Positions 30,398 through 39,860 of a DNA stretch of 61,206 nucleotides are shown here, in pieces (position 1 is the first letter of the stretch; each line of letters begins with the position of its first letter). The notes beneath the pieces are model-generated. The model saw nothing but the letters and a program-made list of their open reading frames with translations. It did not search any database and was not told where the DNA came from. Origin of the DNA: a candidate division WOR-3 bacterium (lineage in GTDB: Bacteria > Hydrothermota > Tepidihabitantia > SM23-42 > JAOAFX01); NCBI GenBank assembly GCA_039802265.1, contig JBDRWI010000004.1, forward strand, positions 1 through 61,206, given 5' to 3'. The translations under genes were made by a program, and so were the position numbers.

Positions 30398-30592
30398 TTA
30401 CCCTTTGTATGCCTTTATAAAGCGCTCAATGGAGCGATCATAGGTCTTCTCCACCTCTTTAGGAAAGAAGCATCCAGGGAGTTCCTTATGGCTCAGGTGA
30501 TACTGAACACACTCACAACACTTCCCTTTCCTTGAACAGGGTTCATAACTGCAGGTGCACTGCCTCAGATTCTTCTCAATTTTGCATTCCAT
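30398..30592 (-). CDS. Small Cys-rich protein (DUF6485-like)
   Basis: [32 protein letters not shown] at 30592 directly after a promoter. Confidence 0.8.
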   Translation of the reverse strand: MECKIEKNLRQCTCSYEPCSRKGKCCECVQYHLSHKELPGCFFPKEVEKTYDRSIERFIKAYKG

Positions 30593-30597
30593 AACCA

Positions 30598-30625
30598 ATT
30601 ATACCCAAAAAAGCGGCAATGTCAA
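30598..30625 (-). promoter_or_regulatory. sigma70-type promoter, probably leaderless
   Basis: TTGACA-N16-TATAAT ending 5 nt before ATG 30592. Confidence 0.75.
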
Positions 30626-30634
30626 CCGATATTG

Positions 30635-31372
30635 CTATTCAATGGCGGTGTATAATAGGTTGATGAGGGAGTCGGCCTGCGGACCTTTGATTGTATTTCT
30701 AATATCTATTCTCTCTTTCTCCATGAATTTTTTAAATTCCTCTTCGGCCTCAAACCGGGCAAAGGAATCGGGAAATCTTTTGATGATATCAACAAATAAT
30801 ATAGCCGTTGCCGGATATTTATCCCAGTACCCATCCCATATATCGGCCGTTGACTTCAAAACGACCAGTTTAATATATTCATTTACCTTTAAATCAATAC
30901 TACCTTTTGGTGAGAAAATAAGTTTTTTATAAAGTTTATAAAGGTCCATTATAACTCCTTCATCATATTCTTTGTCAATCAACCCTTGAAGATATTTTAC
31001 GTCAAGCAACCATTCATCGGGTTTTACCTCTTCAAATTTGAATTCAACAGGGATGTTGACCCAGACCGTAACTGGTCTACCGCCAACCATTGCCGGTGAA
31101 AAGATAAATGTCTTTGCAGTTTCCAATGCTGCCGAATCCAAAAGCGGCATACCCGAAGATTTGAAAAGTCTTATTTTCTCGACATTCCCATTCTCATTTA
31201 TTAATACCGCCAGTAAGACCCTGCCCTCCAGACCCATCTGCCGCGCTTCATCAGGATAGTTAATCCTGTATTTTAGTAGTACCGGGGCTAAAAAATTCCT
31301 TTTCACCGGGCAGGCAGTTATTAGAAAGAATATAAATATCTTGATTAAAAGAAGATTGTTCGGGATTCTCAT
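30635..31372 (-). CDS. TonB C-terminal domain protein, putative lipoprotein
   Basis: YP..AR..G.EG.V..SSG...LD.AA..F.PA..G.PV..V.F; lipobox-like LITAC; extra helical C-terminus. Confidence 0.8.
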   Translation of the reverse strand: MRIPNNLLLIKIFIFFLITACPVKRNFLAPVLLKYRINYPDEARQMGLEGRVLLAVLINENGNVEKIRLFKSSGMPLLDSAALETAKTFIFSPAMVGGRPVTVWVNIPVEFKFEEVKPDEWLLDVKYLQGLIDKEYDEGVIMDLYKLYKKLIFSPKGSIDLKVNEYIKLVVLKSTADIWDGYWDKYPATAILFVDIIKRFPDSFARFEAEEEFKKFMEKERIDIRNTIKGPQADSLINLLYTAIE

Positions 31373-31383
31373 TAAATAAAATT

Positions 31384-33564
31384 CTAAAAGGAAATGTTCG
31401 GTTTCTTACCCTGTTCTTTGGTGGGCGTTACCTGTGCCTCCCTGAGCCGGGCAATGAAGATCTTAATCTTTTCCAGTTCTTTCGTCTTTTCCGCTATTAA
31501 CTTCTCCAGCTCTTCCTTTTCTGATTTCAATTTTACAATTGATTTTTTATATTCCTCCGCCTTGGCAACGATGATCGCCGACTCCTTTCTCTTTGCCTCG
31601 ATCTCGGCTATTTCCTTTCTGGCCTCTTCCAGTTTTTTCAACTCTACGGCACACTCTTCTTTAATCTTCTTCTTATTCTCTTCAATCTCGGAATTCAAGG
31701 CTATTAATTCCTCACGGCGCCGTTCAATCTTGGCAAGCATGTTTGCCTCAACCGCCTTTGCCTTCTCAATCTTACCCTCGGTTTCCGAATGCTGTATCTT
31801 GAGGTCGGAAATCTTTTCTTCAATCTCTTTTTTATGGGCAACCAGCTTGTCAATTTCATCACGATATTTATCCCTTTCTTTTAATAACTCTTTCGTCTCC
31901 TTATTCAAATCTGCCAATGCCTTCTCTTCTTCTCTCTTTAAAAGTTCAAGTTTCTCGTTGAGCATGGCGATTTCTTTCTTCTGCTCCTCAACTTTGTTTT
32001 CCACCATCGTTAGTTCTTTCCTTCGTGTCTCCAGCAATTGCTTGATTTTGCTATCCTCTTCAAGTGCCAGTTGCATCTCTTCATATTCTCTTTTCATTCT
32101 GGGTAGTGCTTCTTTCATCTCTTCATATTCCTCTTCAATGTCCTTGACCTTTGCTGAAGTGGATTGCAGTTTCTCTTCTATCTTTTCCAGTTCGTTCTTC
32201 TTGGCCTCATACTCCTTTTCCATTGCCTCAAATTCCTTTACCCGCGGTTCCAGTTCAGCAATCTTTTTCTTTGCCTGCTCAATTGATTTACCAAGCTCTA
32301 CCGCCTCTCTTTTATATTCCTCATATTCTCTTTTTATCCTGTGATACTCGGGTTCAATCTTTTTAAGTTCCTTTTCTTTTGCCTTCAAATCGTTAACGAG
32401 TGGCTCAATCTCTTCTCTTTCTTTCTGCAAGACCTCTACTTTGCTCCTCAACTCCTCAAATTCTTTCCGCGTCTGTTCAACTTCCTTGTCCAGTACATCC
32501 TTCTCTTTCTTTATGGCCTTATATTTTTCATCCATCTCCTTTAACGAAGTCTCAAGGGTAGTAAATTCCAACTGGTAATTTGAGATATTGGAGACGAGTT
32601 CGCCCTCCTCTTCTTTCATCTTCGCCAGTTCTTTATTCAATTTATCATACTCTTTCTTTAAGTTTGCTAGTTCTTCATTCTCTTTGTATAATTTTTCTTT
32701 TTGCTCGGTTAAATTCGCAATCTCATTTTCTAATTCTTCTTTCAACTTTGTATCCTTTTCCAGGGCAGACTGTGTTTCGCCCTGGAGTCTGGCTAATTTT
32801 TGATTTTCAGCCCTCAACTCCTCAATCGCCTTTGCAAGTTTTTCTTTTTCCTTCGTTAGTGTCTCAACCTCATCGGTGATTGTCTGCAGCCTTGCCTCCT
32901 CCTTTTCCAGATTCTTCTTCAGGGCACTCAACTCCTTATTCAGGTTATTCCGCTCCTCATTCATTATCTTCAAATCCTTTTCGGTCGTCCTCAGGTCGGC
33001 AAGGGCAGCCCTTAAACTCTCTTCTACACTCTGGTATTCACTCTTTAACTCTTCAAACTTAATTTTTGTCTCATTATATGTCTTTTCCTGACTGGTATAA
33101 GTCTTCTCTTTTTTTGCGTACTCTCTCTGTAGTTCTTCAAGATTCTTTGTTATCTGATTCTGCTCCTTCTGTAGTTTTTCAATGGCATCAGCCAATCTAT
33201 TCTTTTCCGGTTTTAATTTTTCAATTTCACTTTTCAATTCTTTTAAACTTGTCTCGGTTTTATCCCTTTCTGCCAGTATTGCCGCAAGTTCTTTGCGCAA
33301 TGATTCTAATTTCTGTGCGTCCTTTTCCATTGTCTTTAAGGAATCTTTAAGTTGCTTTTCTTCCTTCTTTAATTCACTGATTGTCTTTCGTAATTCCTCA
33401 ACCTCGGCGCTCGCCTCCATCTGCGTTGAATAGGTCTCAGCCAGTTTCTCTTCTATTTCTTTCAATTCCTTATTCTTCGCCGCCAGTTCCTTTTCAACCT
33501 TTTCCAACTGTCCCAATTTTTCTTCTAAGTCCTGAAGGATATCTATATCATCCTTTTTCGCCAT
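31384..33564 (-). CDS. Long coiled-coil protein, unknown function
   Basis: 726 aa almost entirely E/K/L heptads; GGGAGG RBS; no Walker motif, TM or signal peptide seen. Confidence 0.8.
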   Translation of the reverse strand: MAKKDDIDILQDLEEKLGQLEKVEKELAAKNKELKEIEEKLAETYSTQMEASAEVEELRKTISELKKEEKQLKDSLKTMEKDAQKLESLRKELAAILAERDKTETSLKELKSEIEKLKPEKNRLADAIEKLQKEQNQITKNLEELQREYAKKEKTYTSQEKTYNETKIKFEELKSEYQSVEESLRAALADLRTTEKDLKIMNEERNNLNKELSALKKNLEKEEARLQTITDEVETLTKEKEKLAKAIEELRAENQKLARLQGETQSALEKDTKLKEELENEIANLTEQKEKLYKENEELANLKKEYDKLNKELAKMKEEEGELVSNISNYQLEFTTLETSLKEMDEKYKAIKKEKDVLDKEVEQTRKEFEELRSKVEVLQKEREEIEPLVNDLKAKEKELKKIEPEYHRIKREYEEYKREAVELGKSIEQAKKKIAELEPRVKEFEAMEKEYEAKKNELEKIEEKLQSTSAKVKDIEEEYEEMKEALPRMKREYEEMQLALEEDSKIKQLLETRRKELTMVENKVEEQKKEIAMLNEKLELLKREEEKALADLNKETKELLKERDKYRDEIDKLVAHKKEIEEKISDLKIQHSETEGKIEKAKAVEANMLAKIERRREELIALNSEIEENKKKIKEECAVELKKLEEARKEIAEIEAKRKESAIIVAKAEEYKKSIVKLKSEKEELEKLIAEKTKELEKIKIFIARLREAQVTPTKEQGKKPNISF

Positions 33565-33587
33565 AATGCCTCCCTATAAACAAAAAC

Positions 33588-36500
33588 CTAAAATTTTTTA
33601 TGTGCCAGGTGGTGTCTCTCATAGCATAACTCTTCCTCTATTTCGCTTTTCGCTATAGTCTCCATACAAAAATCTTCCTCAATTTTACTTATATGTTTTG
33701 CCCTTATCAAACTCAGAGGATGCGGTTTTATCCCCATAATGTCCTTCTGCACTGCTATATTTTCAAGCGAATGATAGAGAAAGACACCCGGTGCCTCATT
33801 AAGAATCCTTTCTTCTATCTGACGATAAAAATTTATTCTTTGATTCTCATTTCTGATCTTACGTCCCAAATCAAGCATCTGGTCAATTTCGGGGTCGGAA
33901 AAGAAAAAGGTATTGCCGGGATACCCAATTGAACTTGAATGGAAAAGAGGATATAAAAAATTATCTGGGTCACCATTATCACTGATCCAGCCCTGTAAAG
34001 ACAATAATGAATTTCCATTATAACTCTTATCGAGCAGAATGTGCCAGGGCAAGGGATTGACCTCGGTCTTGACTCCAATCTCCCTCAATGCCGAACTGAT
34101 AAATTCCGCCCTTTTTATAACTGCAGGTGAGTCACTTACATCAAATGGGTATGTATCGGGTAGTCCCCCCGGAAAGCCTGCCTCGGCTAAAAGCACCCTG
34201 CCTTTTGCTGGATCGTAATTGAAACCTCTGATTCTGTTATTATAGACCTTCATGGAAGGTGGGAAAATCCCCCTTGCCGGAACAGCGGATTCCTTCAAGA
34301 ATTCCATAACGAAACTATCTCGGTCAATTGCATAGTTTAGTGCCTGACGCACAAGTCTATTGGAAAAGGGAAACTTCTGACAGTGGATGGCTATAAATTG
34401 AACAGACAGTTCGGGAATTGAGTATAACAACTCAGGTGTTTCAGACTTTATGCTTCGTAGGGTCTTTTCTCCAGGACGATAGATAGAAAGAATTCCTTTC
34501 TTGAATAACTCATAACAATACTCATCATCATTTATAATCAAAAATTGAAGTTCGTCAACGGCCGGTCTTCCTTCAAAATAGAAATCATTGGCTACCAACA
34601 AAAGCCTCTTGCTCCGTTCCCATAAGACAATCCTGAAAGGACCGGCGCCAATCGGGTATTCAGCATCAATGTAGGGGTCTGCTACATTTGTAGCAAGATT
34701 GGCAAGTATCGGCAGAAATGGATATTGAGTTATTATTTTAATGGTTCGCTCATCCAATATCTCAACACCTAATATCTTGACATCCCCGGTCTGGAGGTAG
34801 TCTTGGGCACCGGCTATCATCTCAAAGAAGTTAAAATTGGGACCCTTCAGCGCCCTGATTATTCCCTCCTTTAAATCCTCAACCCTTAGCCTTGTACCAT
34901 CGGCATATTTCAGGTCTTCTCTAATATGAAAGGTGTATTCGGTTCCACTTTTTGAAACTTCGTAATTATCACACAATCCTGAAATGACATCAGCACCCTT
35001 ACCAAACTGAAACAAACCCAGTGAGGAGTTTATAATCACCTGGTGGGAATTTGCATCGGTTTTTAAATCCCCCTTCAGGGTAAGGGGGTCTGAAGAGAGA
35101 TGGGTTGTCAAAACGCTCTTCTTTTTAACCACAGGGGCAGGCCTGGGTATTTTTTCAGAAAGAGATTTTAGTTTCTCACGGTAACTTAAAATCTTTTTCA
35201 TTGAATCTTCGTAAAGGTCCCATAGATTCCGGAGATAAAGGTTATTGCGGTGGAGTTCGTCTGCCATACCCTTGCACTCCTGGATGCAGACTATCTTTTC
35301 ATCAAATACCCGATTGATGTCATCAAGGAATATTTTGATCTTTGTAAAATCCGGTTTTTTTAGACTTACAAATTTTCTCCCATCAACTTTGGTCATTGTT
35401 AATGAAGAAACAGATTTTTTTAATTCACCAAGCCTGTTTTCAATCTCCTTGCATAACCCTTCACTCTCAACCGATAATTGCGAAAATTCCTCCACCACCG
35501 GGCTGATGTTAGACTGATATCTTTTCCCCCGGCTTTCTTCCAGCCGGGCGAATATGGAAAGTATCTTGAGCCTTGAAAAGACCCCTGCTGCCTCTAAGGA
35601 ATTAATCTCTAATCTCTCCAGTTCATTAGTCAGATCAAGACCGATATCTTTTAGACCATTGAATAGACCTTCAACATCCAAGAAATATTTCTCTATCTGT
35701 TTTTGTAAATCTATTAAGTTATCTATCTCCTTTATAAGTTCCGCAGCAATTTCATTGGTATAGTCAATTATCCCTTTCATTGATGGAATCTGTTGATAAA
35801 TTTTATCGGTTTCCTTATATATTTCTTCGGAGAATATTACCGGAAGATGACCTCCGCCAATTTTACTCAAGACCCGGATATTTTCATCAATCAGGTGAAT
35901 GAACTGGTTATAAATGTAAGGGTTGGGTAAACTTCGTTGAATTCCCAGGACCCGATAAAGGTCACCCAGATTACCTGCAAGGGCACTGATTTCGGTACCC
36001 CTTCTTGATATTTCGTCAACGGTATTCAAAGAATCAATCAATTGTTCATTTATTAACTTCAATTTCATTGAAATAGTTGCCTGTAGTGTAGAAAATATTT
36101 TGATACCATCTTCAACCCTGCCCGGCATCTTCTCAAGGGACTTAATAAGTTCGTCAATGGTCTTTAGCGACTCCTGGGCTTTAAGATATAGTCTTGAAGA
36201 ATAAGAAGACAGTTCTAAGGCTCGGGCAAATTCTACTGTTGCGGACTGCGATATTTTTTTCACCCGATCAAGTGTAGCAGCAAATTCCATAAATGATTTA
36301 TGAGAAAAATCAACAAGGCGACCAACCTCACGCGCAATAACGGCCAGTCCCCTCCCTTCTTCCTTAGAATGGAACGCCTTGATTTCAGCATTGAGGGCCA
36401 GCGGCGCCAAAAGACGGGATTTTTTTATTATCTCAGAGGCATTCATCTCAAGTTCTTTTAATTCCTCAATTGTAGTTTTAAAGATTTCAACCAGATTTGT

Positions 36501-36767
36501 AATATTATCGGTGGTCTTGCGAATGACATCTTCAACATCAAAGAACACTTTGCGCAGTGTCTGTATTTCTTTTTTAAATGTCTCGGAGAATTCTTTAAGC
36601 ATCCCCAGGAGTGTTTCAGTGCGTTGAAATAGCGGTGAGAGGGACTCAAATTTTCTAATGAGTTCCTCCAGGTGCATATTGTTGGTATTTAGAAAATTTG
36701 TTAATTCATCTACTCGCAAGGCAAATTTATTGATGTCCTTTAGATACGCCCTCAATGCCTCAATCAT
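33588..36767 (-). CDS. Fusion of MCP-like signalling coiled coils and a family 5 (peptide/nickel) substrate-binding domain
   Basis: LALNAEIKA...GRGLAVIAREV.RL MCP tip; C-terminal GAGPF, VRQALNYAIDR, YDP.K...LL.EAG, W..D..DPDNFL. The ORF-track start at 36884 runs through the tRNA, so the start is taken at MIEAL. Confidence 0.8.
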   Translation of the reverse strand: MIEALRAYLKDINKFALRVDELTNFLNTNNMHLEELIRKFESLSPLFQRTETLLGMLKEFSETFKKEIQTLRKVFFDVEDVIRKTTDNITNLVEIFKTTIEELKELEMNASEIIKKSRLLAPLALNAEIKAFHSKEEGRGLAVIAREVGRLVDFSHKSFMEFAATLDRVKKISQSATVEFARALELSSYSSRLYLKAQESLKTIDELIKSLEKMPGRVEDGIKIFSTLQATISMKLKLINEQLIDSLNTVDEISRRGTEISALAGNLGDLYRVLGIQRSLPNPYIYNQFIHLIDENIRVLSKIGGGHLPVIFSEEIYKETDKIYQQIPSMKGIIDYTNEIAAELIKEIDNLIDLQKQIEKYFLDVEGLFNGLKDIGLDLTNELERLEINSLEAAGVFSRLKILSIFARLEESRGKRYQSNISPVVEEFSQLSVESEGLCKEIENRLGELKKSVSSLTMTKVDGRKFVSLKKPDFTKIKIFLDDINRVFDEKIVCIQECKGMADELHRNNLYLRNLWDLYEDSMKKILSYREKLKSLSEKIPRPAPVVKKKSVLTTHLSSDPLTLKGDLKTDANSHQVIINSSLGLFQFGKGADVISGLCDNYEVSKSGTEYTFHIREDLKYADGTRLRVEDLKEGIIRALKGPNFNFFEMIAGAQDYLQTGDVKILGVEILDERTIKIITQYPFLPILANLATNVADPYIDAEYPIGAGPFRIVLWERSKRLLLVANDFYFEGRPAVDELQFLIINDDEYCYELFKKGILSIYRPGEKTLRSIKSETPELLYSIPELSVQFIAIHCQKFPFSNRLVRQALNYAIDRDSFVMEFLKESAVPARGIFPPSMKVYNNRIRGFNYDPAKGRVLLAEAGFPGGLPDTYPFDVSDSPAVIKRAEFISSALREIGVKTEVNPLPWHILLDKSYNGNSLLSLQGWISDNGDPDNFLYPLFHSSSIGYPGNTFFFSDPEIDQMLDLGRKIRNENQRINFYRQIEERILNEAPGVFLYHSLENIAVQKDIMGIKPHPLSLIRAKHISKIEEDFCMETIAKSEIEEELCYERHHLAHKKF

Positions 36768-36802
36768 CTGTTTAATCCCGTTCCCCGATAAAAATATTAA
36801 TA

Positions 36803-36875
36803 TAGCGGCGAAGGGATTCGAACCCCTGACACAGAGATTATGATTCTCCTGCTCTACCAACTGAGCTACGCCGCC
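36803..36875 (-). tRNA. tRNA-Met(CAT), probably elongator; CCA not encoded
   Basis: GGCGGCG-TA-GCTC-AGTTGGTA-GAGC-A-GGAGA-ATCATAA-TCTCT-GTGTC-AGGGG-TTCGAAT-CCCTT-CGCCGCT-A folds as a cloverleaf. Confidence 0.95.
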
Positions 36876-36953
36876 GAATAACAAATACTTAAAAACTCCA
36901 CCCCGGAAAAGAAATTCTTCGGCAATTTTTATTTACATCTCCTTATTATTGGT

Positions 36954-36981
36954 ATTATATCCGAAATAACCTATTTGTCAA
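36954..36981 (-). promoter_or_regulatory. sigma70-type promoter of tRNA-Met and possibly the downstream operon
   Basis: TTGACA-N16-TATAAT on the minus strand. Confidence 0.8.
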
Positions 36982-37036
36982 CCATGATGTAAACGAAAGA
37001 AGATTTCTACATTTTTTAACTCTCCACTTAGATATA

Positions 37037-38128
37037 TCAATGGAAAATAAAACTAAAACCAACACCTGCGATTATCAAAAATATCGGGTCAATTTTTTTA
37101 GGCAGAAAAATTAAAATCAAAAGACAAAGAATCCCGAAGATTGCATATGGTAAATAAGACCAATTTATTGGAATAAAGAAAATTCCGGTTGATAAGAGAA
37201 TCGCCACAACTGCGGATTTTATTCCGTCAAAGAAGGATTTAACATATTGATTATGTTCAATCCTCTTATAGATTCGCACTAAAATCAAAAGCATTAAAAA
37301 AGAAGGCAAAAATATCCCAACTGTTGATACAACTGCGCCGATAATACCCTGCACCTTGAAACCAACAAATGTGGCGGTGATGGCGACCGGTCCCGGTGTA
37401 ATCTGACCAAGGGCAAAGCCATCAAGGAATTCTTTATCTGTCAACCAATTTCTATAGAAACAGACCTCATTTTGGATAAATGGTATTGCCGCATATCCAC
37501 CACCAAAAATCACGGCGCCGATCTTAAAAAATATCCAGAATAATTCCGCAATCTTTTTTATATCAAATAAAAAAATTCCAACTGCAAAGAATAATTTGGG
37601 TGTCTTTAAATGTTGCAGAGCGATATTGAGACCACCAGCAAGAAGCACGGTTAATACCGGGTCAAATTTTATTAGAAATAAAACCAGCGCAAACCCTAAT
37701 ACCAGGATCCCCTTGAAATCCTTTATTAAGACCTTACCCATATCCAAGCTTGCCCATAGTATTATTGCGGTCATAACTGTACCGATACCTTTAAAAATCT
37801 GATTGATTGCGGGTAGGGTATGAAAGGCAAGGTAGAGATAAGAAAGAATTAGCATTAGGATAAAAGAAGGCAGAAGCAGAGAGACACCAGCAACGACCGC
37901 TCCCCTTATCCCGCGCAGACAATAACCAATATATTCGCAGTAGTTGGGGACAAATGGTCCGGGTAACATCTGACCGATTGCCACCGCGGTTGCCAATTCA
38001 TCGTCCGAGATCAATTTCTTTTTTTTGACACATTCGGCACGCAGAATTGCCAGCATTCCTGCCCCGCCGCCAAAACCGAAGAGTCCAACTTTTAAGAATG
38101 GCCTTGCCAGTTCACGCAGACGAATCAT
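37037..38128 (-). CDS. chrA: Chromate efflux transporter (long-chain CHR family)
   Basis: Two homologous halves: F.K.G..FGGG, GQ.LPGP / GQITPGP, LPSF. Confidence 0.93.
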   Translation of the reverse strand: MIRLRELARPFLKVGLFGFGGGAGMLAILRAECVKKKKLISDDELATAVAIGQMLPGPFVPNYCEYIGYCLRGIRGAVVAGVSLLLPSFILMLILSYLYLAFHTLPAINQIFKGIGTVMTAIILWASLDMGKVLIKDFKGILVLGFALVLFLIKFDPVLTVLLAGGLNIALQHLKTPKLFFAVGIFLFDIKKIAELFWIFFKIGAVIFGGGYAAIPFIQNEVCFYRNWLTDKEFLDGFALGQITPGPVAITATFVGFKVQGIIGAVVSTVGIFLPSFLMLLILVRIYKRIEHNQYVKSFFDGIKSAVVAILLSTGIFFIPINWSYLPYAIFGILCLLILIFLPKKIDPIFLIIAGVGFSFIFH

Positions 38129-38952
38129 AAGTTCATGCTCCCGCTTTTGTAGCCTTCTAAATCAAGGGTTATATATCGGTATCCCAATTTTTTAAGATAT
38201 CTTATAATTTGAGTTTTGTTCTCTAATATCATCCTGAATTCGTGTGGTAAAACCTCAAGCCGGGCAATGGGAAGATGGGCACGCACCCGGACCTGGGTAA
38301 TTTTAAATCTTTTAAGATAATCCTCAGCCTTAGAGATTCTTGTTAGAACCTCCCTTTTTATCCTCCGACCATAAGGAATCCTTGAGGCAAGACAGGCCAT
38401 TGATGGTTTATTCCAGTTGGGTAGTCCAAATTTCCTGGCAAGCATTCTTATCTCTTCTTTGAGCAATCCTGCCTTTATCAGAGGAGAATCAACCCCCATC
38501 TTTTTAGCGGCAAGTAACCCGGGGCGGAAATCCTTCAGGTCTGTCTTATTGCTTGCCTCCACAACTGTGTATCCATATTCTCGGGCAATTTTCTGCAAAT
38601 TCCTGAACAGTTCAATCTTGCAATAATAACAACGGGTCTTTTTATTTTTTACGAAATTTTGATTTTTTAGTTCATCAGAATGGATTATTAAATGTCTCAC
38701 CTTTAACCGGCGGGCAATTTTTTTTGCCTCCCTTAATTCTCCCTTTGGGTATAGTGGTGAATCAACCGTGACTGCGACAACCCTATCTTTAAGCACAGCT
38801 AGGGCGACTTTCAAAAGCAGGGTAGAATCCACGCCCCCCGAAAATGCCACAACCACACCTGAATATTTACTCAAAATGTTTTTAAGACGCAGAAATTTTT
38901 TGTTATTGAAATTGGTTTGGAATTTGGATTTTGGATTTTGGATTTTTTTCAC
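38125..38952 (-). CDS. larE: ATP-dependent sacrificial sulfur transferase, LarE family
   Basis: VAFSGGVDS, RCYYCK, DFRPG, KPS.ACLASRIPYG, RVR.H, LDLEGY.SGS.N. Confidence 0.92.
   Translation of the reverse strand: MKKIQNPKSKFQTNFNNKKFLRLKNILSKYSGVVVAFSGGVDSTLLLKVALAVLKDRVVAVTVDSPLYPKGELREAKKIARRLKVRHLIIHSDELKNQNFVKNKKTRCYYCKIELFRNLQKIAREYGYTVVEASNKTDLKDFRPGLLAAKKMGVDSPLIKAGLLKEEIRMLARKFGLPNWNKPSMACLASRIPYGRRIKREVLTRISKAEDYLKRFKITQVRVRAHLPIARLEVLPHEFRMILENKTQIIRYLKKLGYRYITLDLEGYKSGSMNL
38912..38947. repeat. 7-nt-period repeat at the 5' end of larE
   Basis: ttggaat-ttggatt-ttggatt-ttggatt, encoding KIQNPKSKFQ. Confidence 0.75.
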
Positions 38953-39212
38953 TTCAGGTATGGCAAAAACTCCTTGCTTATTGGTGGATTCCTTACCCAG
39001 CGCACAATCTCCTGGTCATTATCCAAAACAAGGATTGTTGGAATATCTGAGACCTCATAAAATGCACCTTCGGCAAGCCCATCAACCGTATCCATATTAA
39101 AATATTTTATCTCGGCTTTAAATTGTTCCTTCTCCTTAAAATAACACAACTTATTATATGCATCCTTGCATACCGGGCAGGTCTCTCTACCAAAGATATA
39201 AACCTTTTTCAT
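38949..39212 (-). CDS. Thioredoxin/glutaredoxin-like protein
   Basis: CPVC motif, DGLAE..Y.V..IPT. Confidence 0.85.
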   Translation of the reverse strand: MKKVYIFGRETCPVCKDAYNKLCYFKEKEQFKAEIKYFNMDTVDGLAEGAFYEVSDIPTILVLDNDQEIVRWVRNPPISKEFLPYLK

Positions 39213-39237
39213 ATTACCCCCTTAATTAAATTTCTCT

Positions 39238-39265
39238 ATTTTATTCTAAAAAAGTTGAAAGTCAA
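39238..39265 (-). promoter_or_regulatory. sigma70-type promoter of the trx-larE-chrA operon
   Basis: TTGACT-N16-TAAAAT on the minus strand. Confidence 0.65.
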
Positions 39266-39310
39266 GTGTGTCTCAACTCTTCAGGACGCTATATTTAGTG
39301 AAATTTTCCC

Positions 39311-39338
39311 TTGACCGAAGTAAATTTTAGATTATAAT
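39311..39338 (+). promoter_or_regulatory. sigma70-type promoter of the DUF488 gene, probably leaderless
   Basis: TTGACC-N16-TATAAT ending 6 nt before ATG 39345. Confidence 0.75.
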
Positions 39339-39344
39339 GTTTAT

Positions 39345-39788
39345 ATGCCAGAGAGAATCATCTTCACCCTCGGTACTGGAAAAAGAACCATCAGCGAATT
39401 TATCAGCATCCTTAAAAGTAAGAATATTGATGTCTTATTGGATGTCCGCCGGTTTCCAACGAGCAGGTTTGAAGATTTTCAAAAGGATAATCTATCACAA
39501 CATTGCATTAAAAATAAAATTGACTATATCTATCTCGGCACTGAACTCGGTGGTTATCGCAAGGGAGGCTATGAGGAATATACAAAGACTACTGAATTTA
39601 AAAAAGGAATCGAAAGGCTCGTTGAAATCGCCAGCAAAAGAAAAGTTTGTATTGTGTGTGCGGAAACCCTGCCCTGGAAATGCCATCGCCGGTTTATAGG
39701 GGCACGATTATACACAATGGGTTATCAGGTGATACATTTAATTGACGAAAGACACACCTGGGAGCCAGAGAATGTCTCTTACGATTAA
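39345..39788 (+). CDS. DUF488 domain protein
   Basis: IFTLG, DVRRFP.S, ELGG.R, CAE..PW.CHR. Confidence 0.88.
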   Translation: MPERIIFTLGTGKRTISEFISILKSKNIDVLLDVRRFPTSRFEDFQKDNLSQHCIKNKIDYIYLGTELGGYRKGGYEEYTKTTEFKKGIERLVEIASKRKVCIVCAETLPWKCHRRFIGARLYTMGYQVIHLIDERHTWEPENVSYD

Positions 39789-39860
39789 AACTCTCAGCCC
39801 GAATTTACTACACTCTCTTTACAGGTTAATTCTCATTTTATCATTTCAACAATTGTAGAA

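Noticed and set aside
31394..32344. 316-aa plus-strand ORF and neighbouring S/F-rich ORFs
   Set aside because: Antisense shadow of the E/K-rich coiled-coil gene.
31384..33564. Coiled-coil protein as SMC/SbcC
   Set aside because: No Walker A/B, signature motif or hinge visible.
36803..36830. tRNA-Met 3' end as an integration site
   Set aside because: No duplicated tRNA 3' end and no integrase found in the window.
36768..36884. N-terminal 39 aa of the 1098-aa ORF
   Set aside because: It is the translation of the tRNA-Met gene; the real start is probably 36767.
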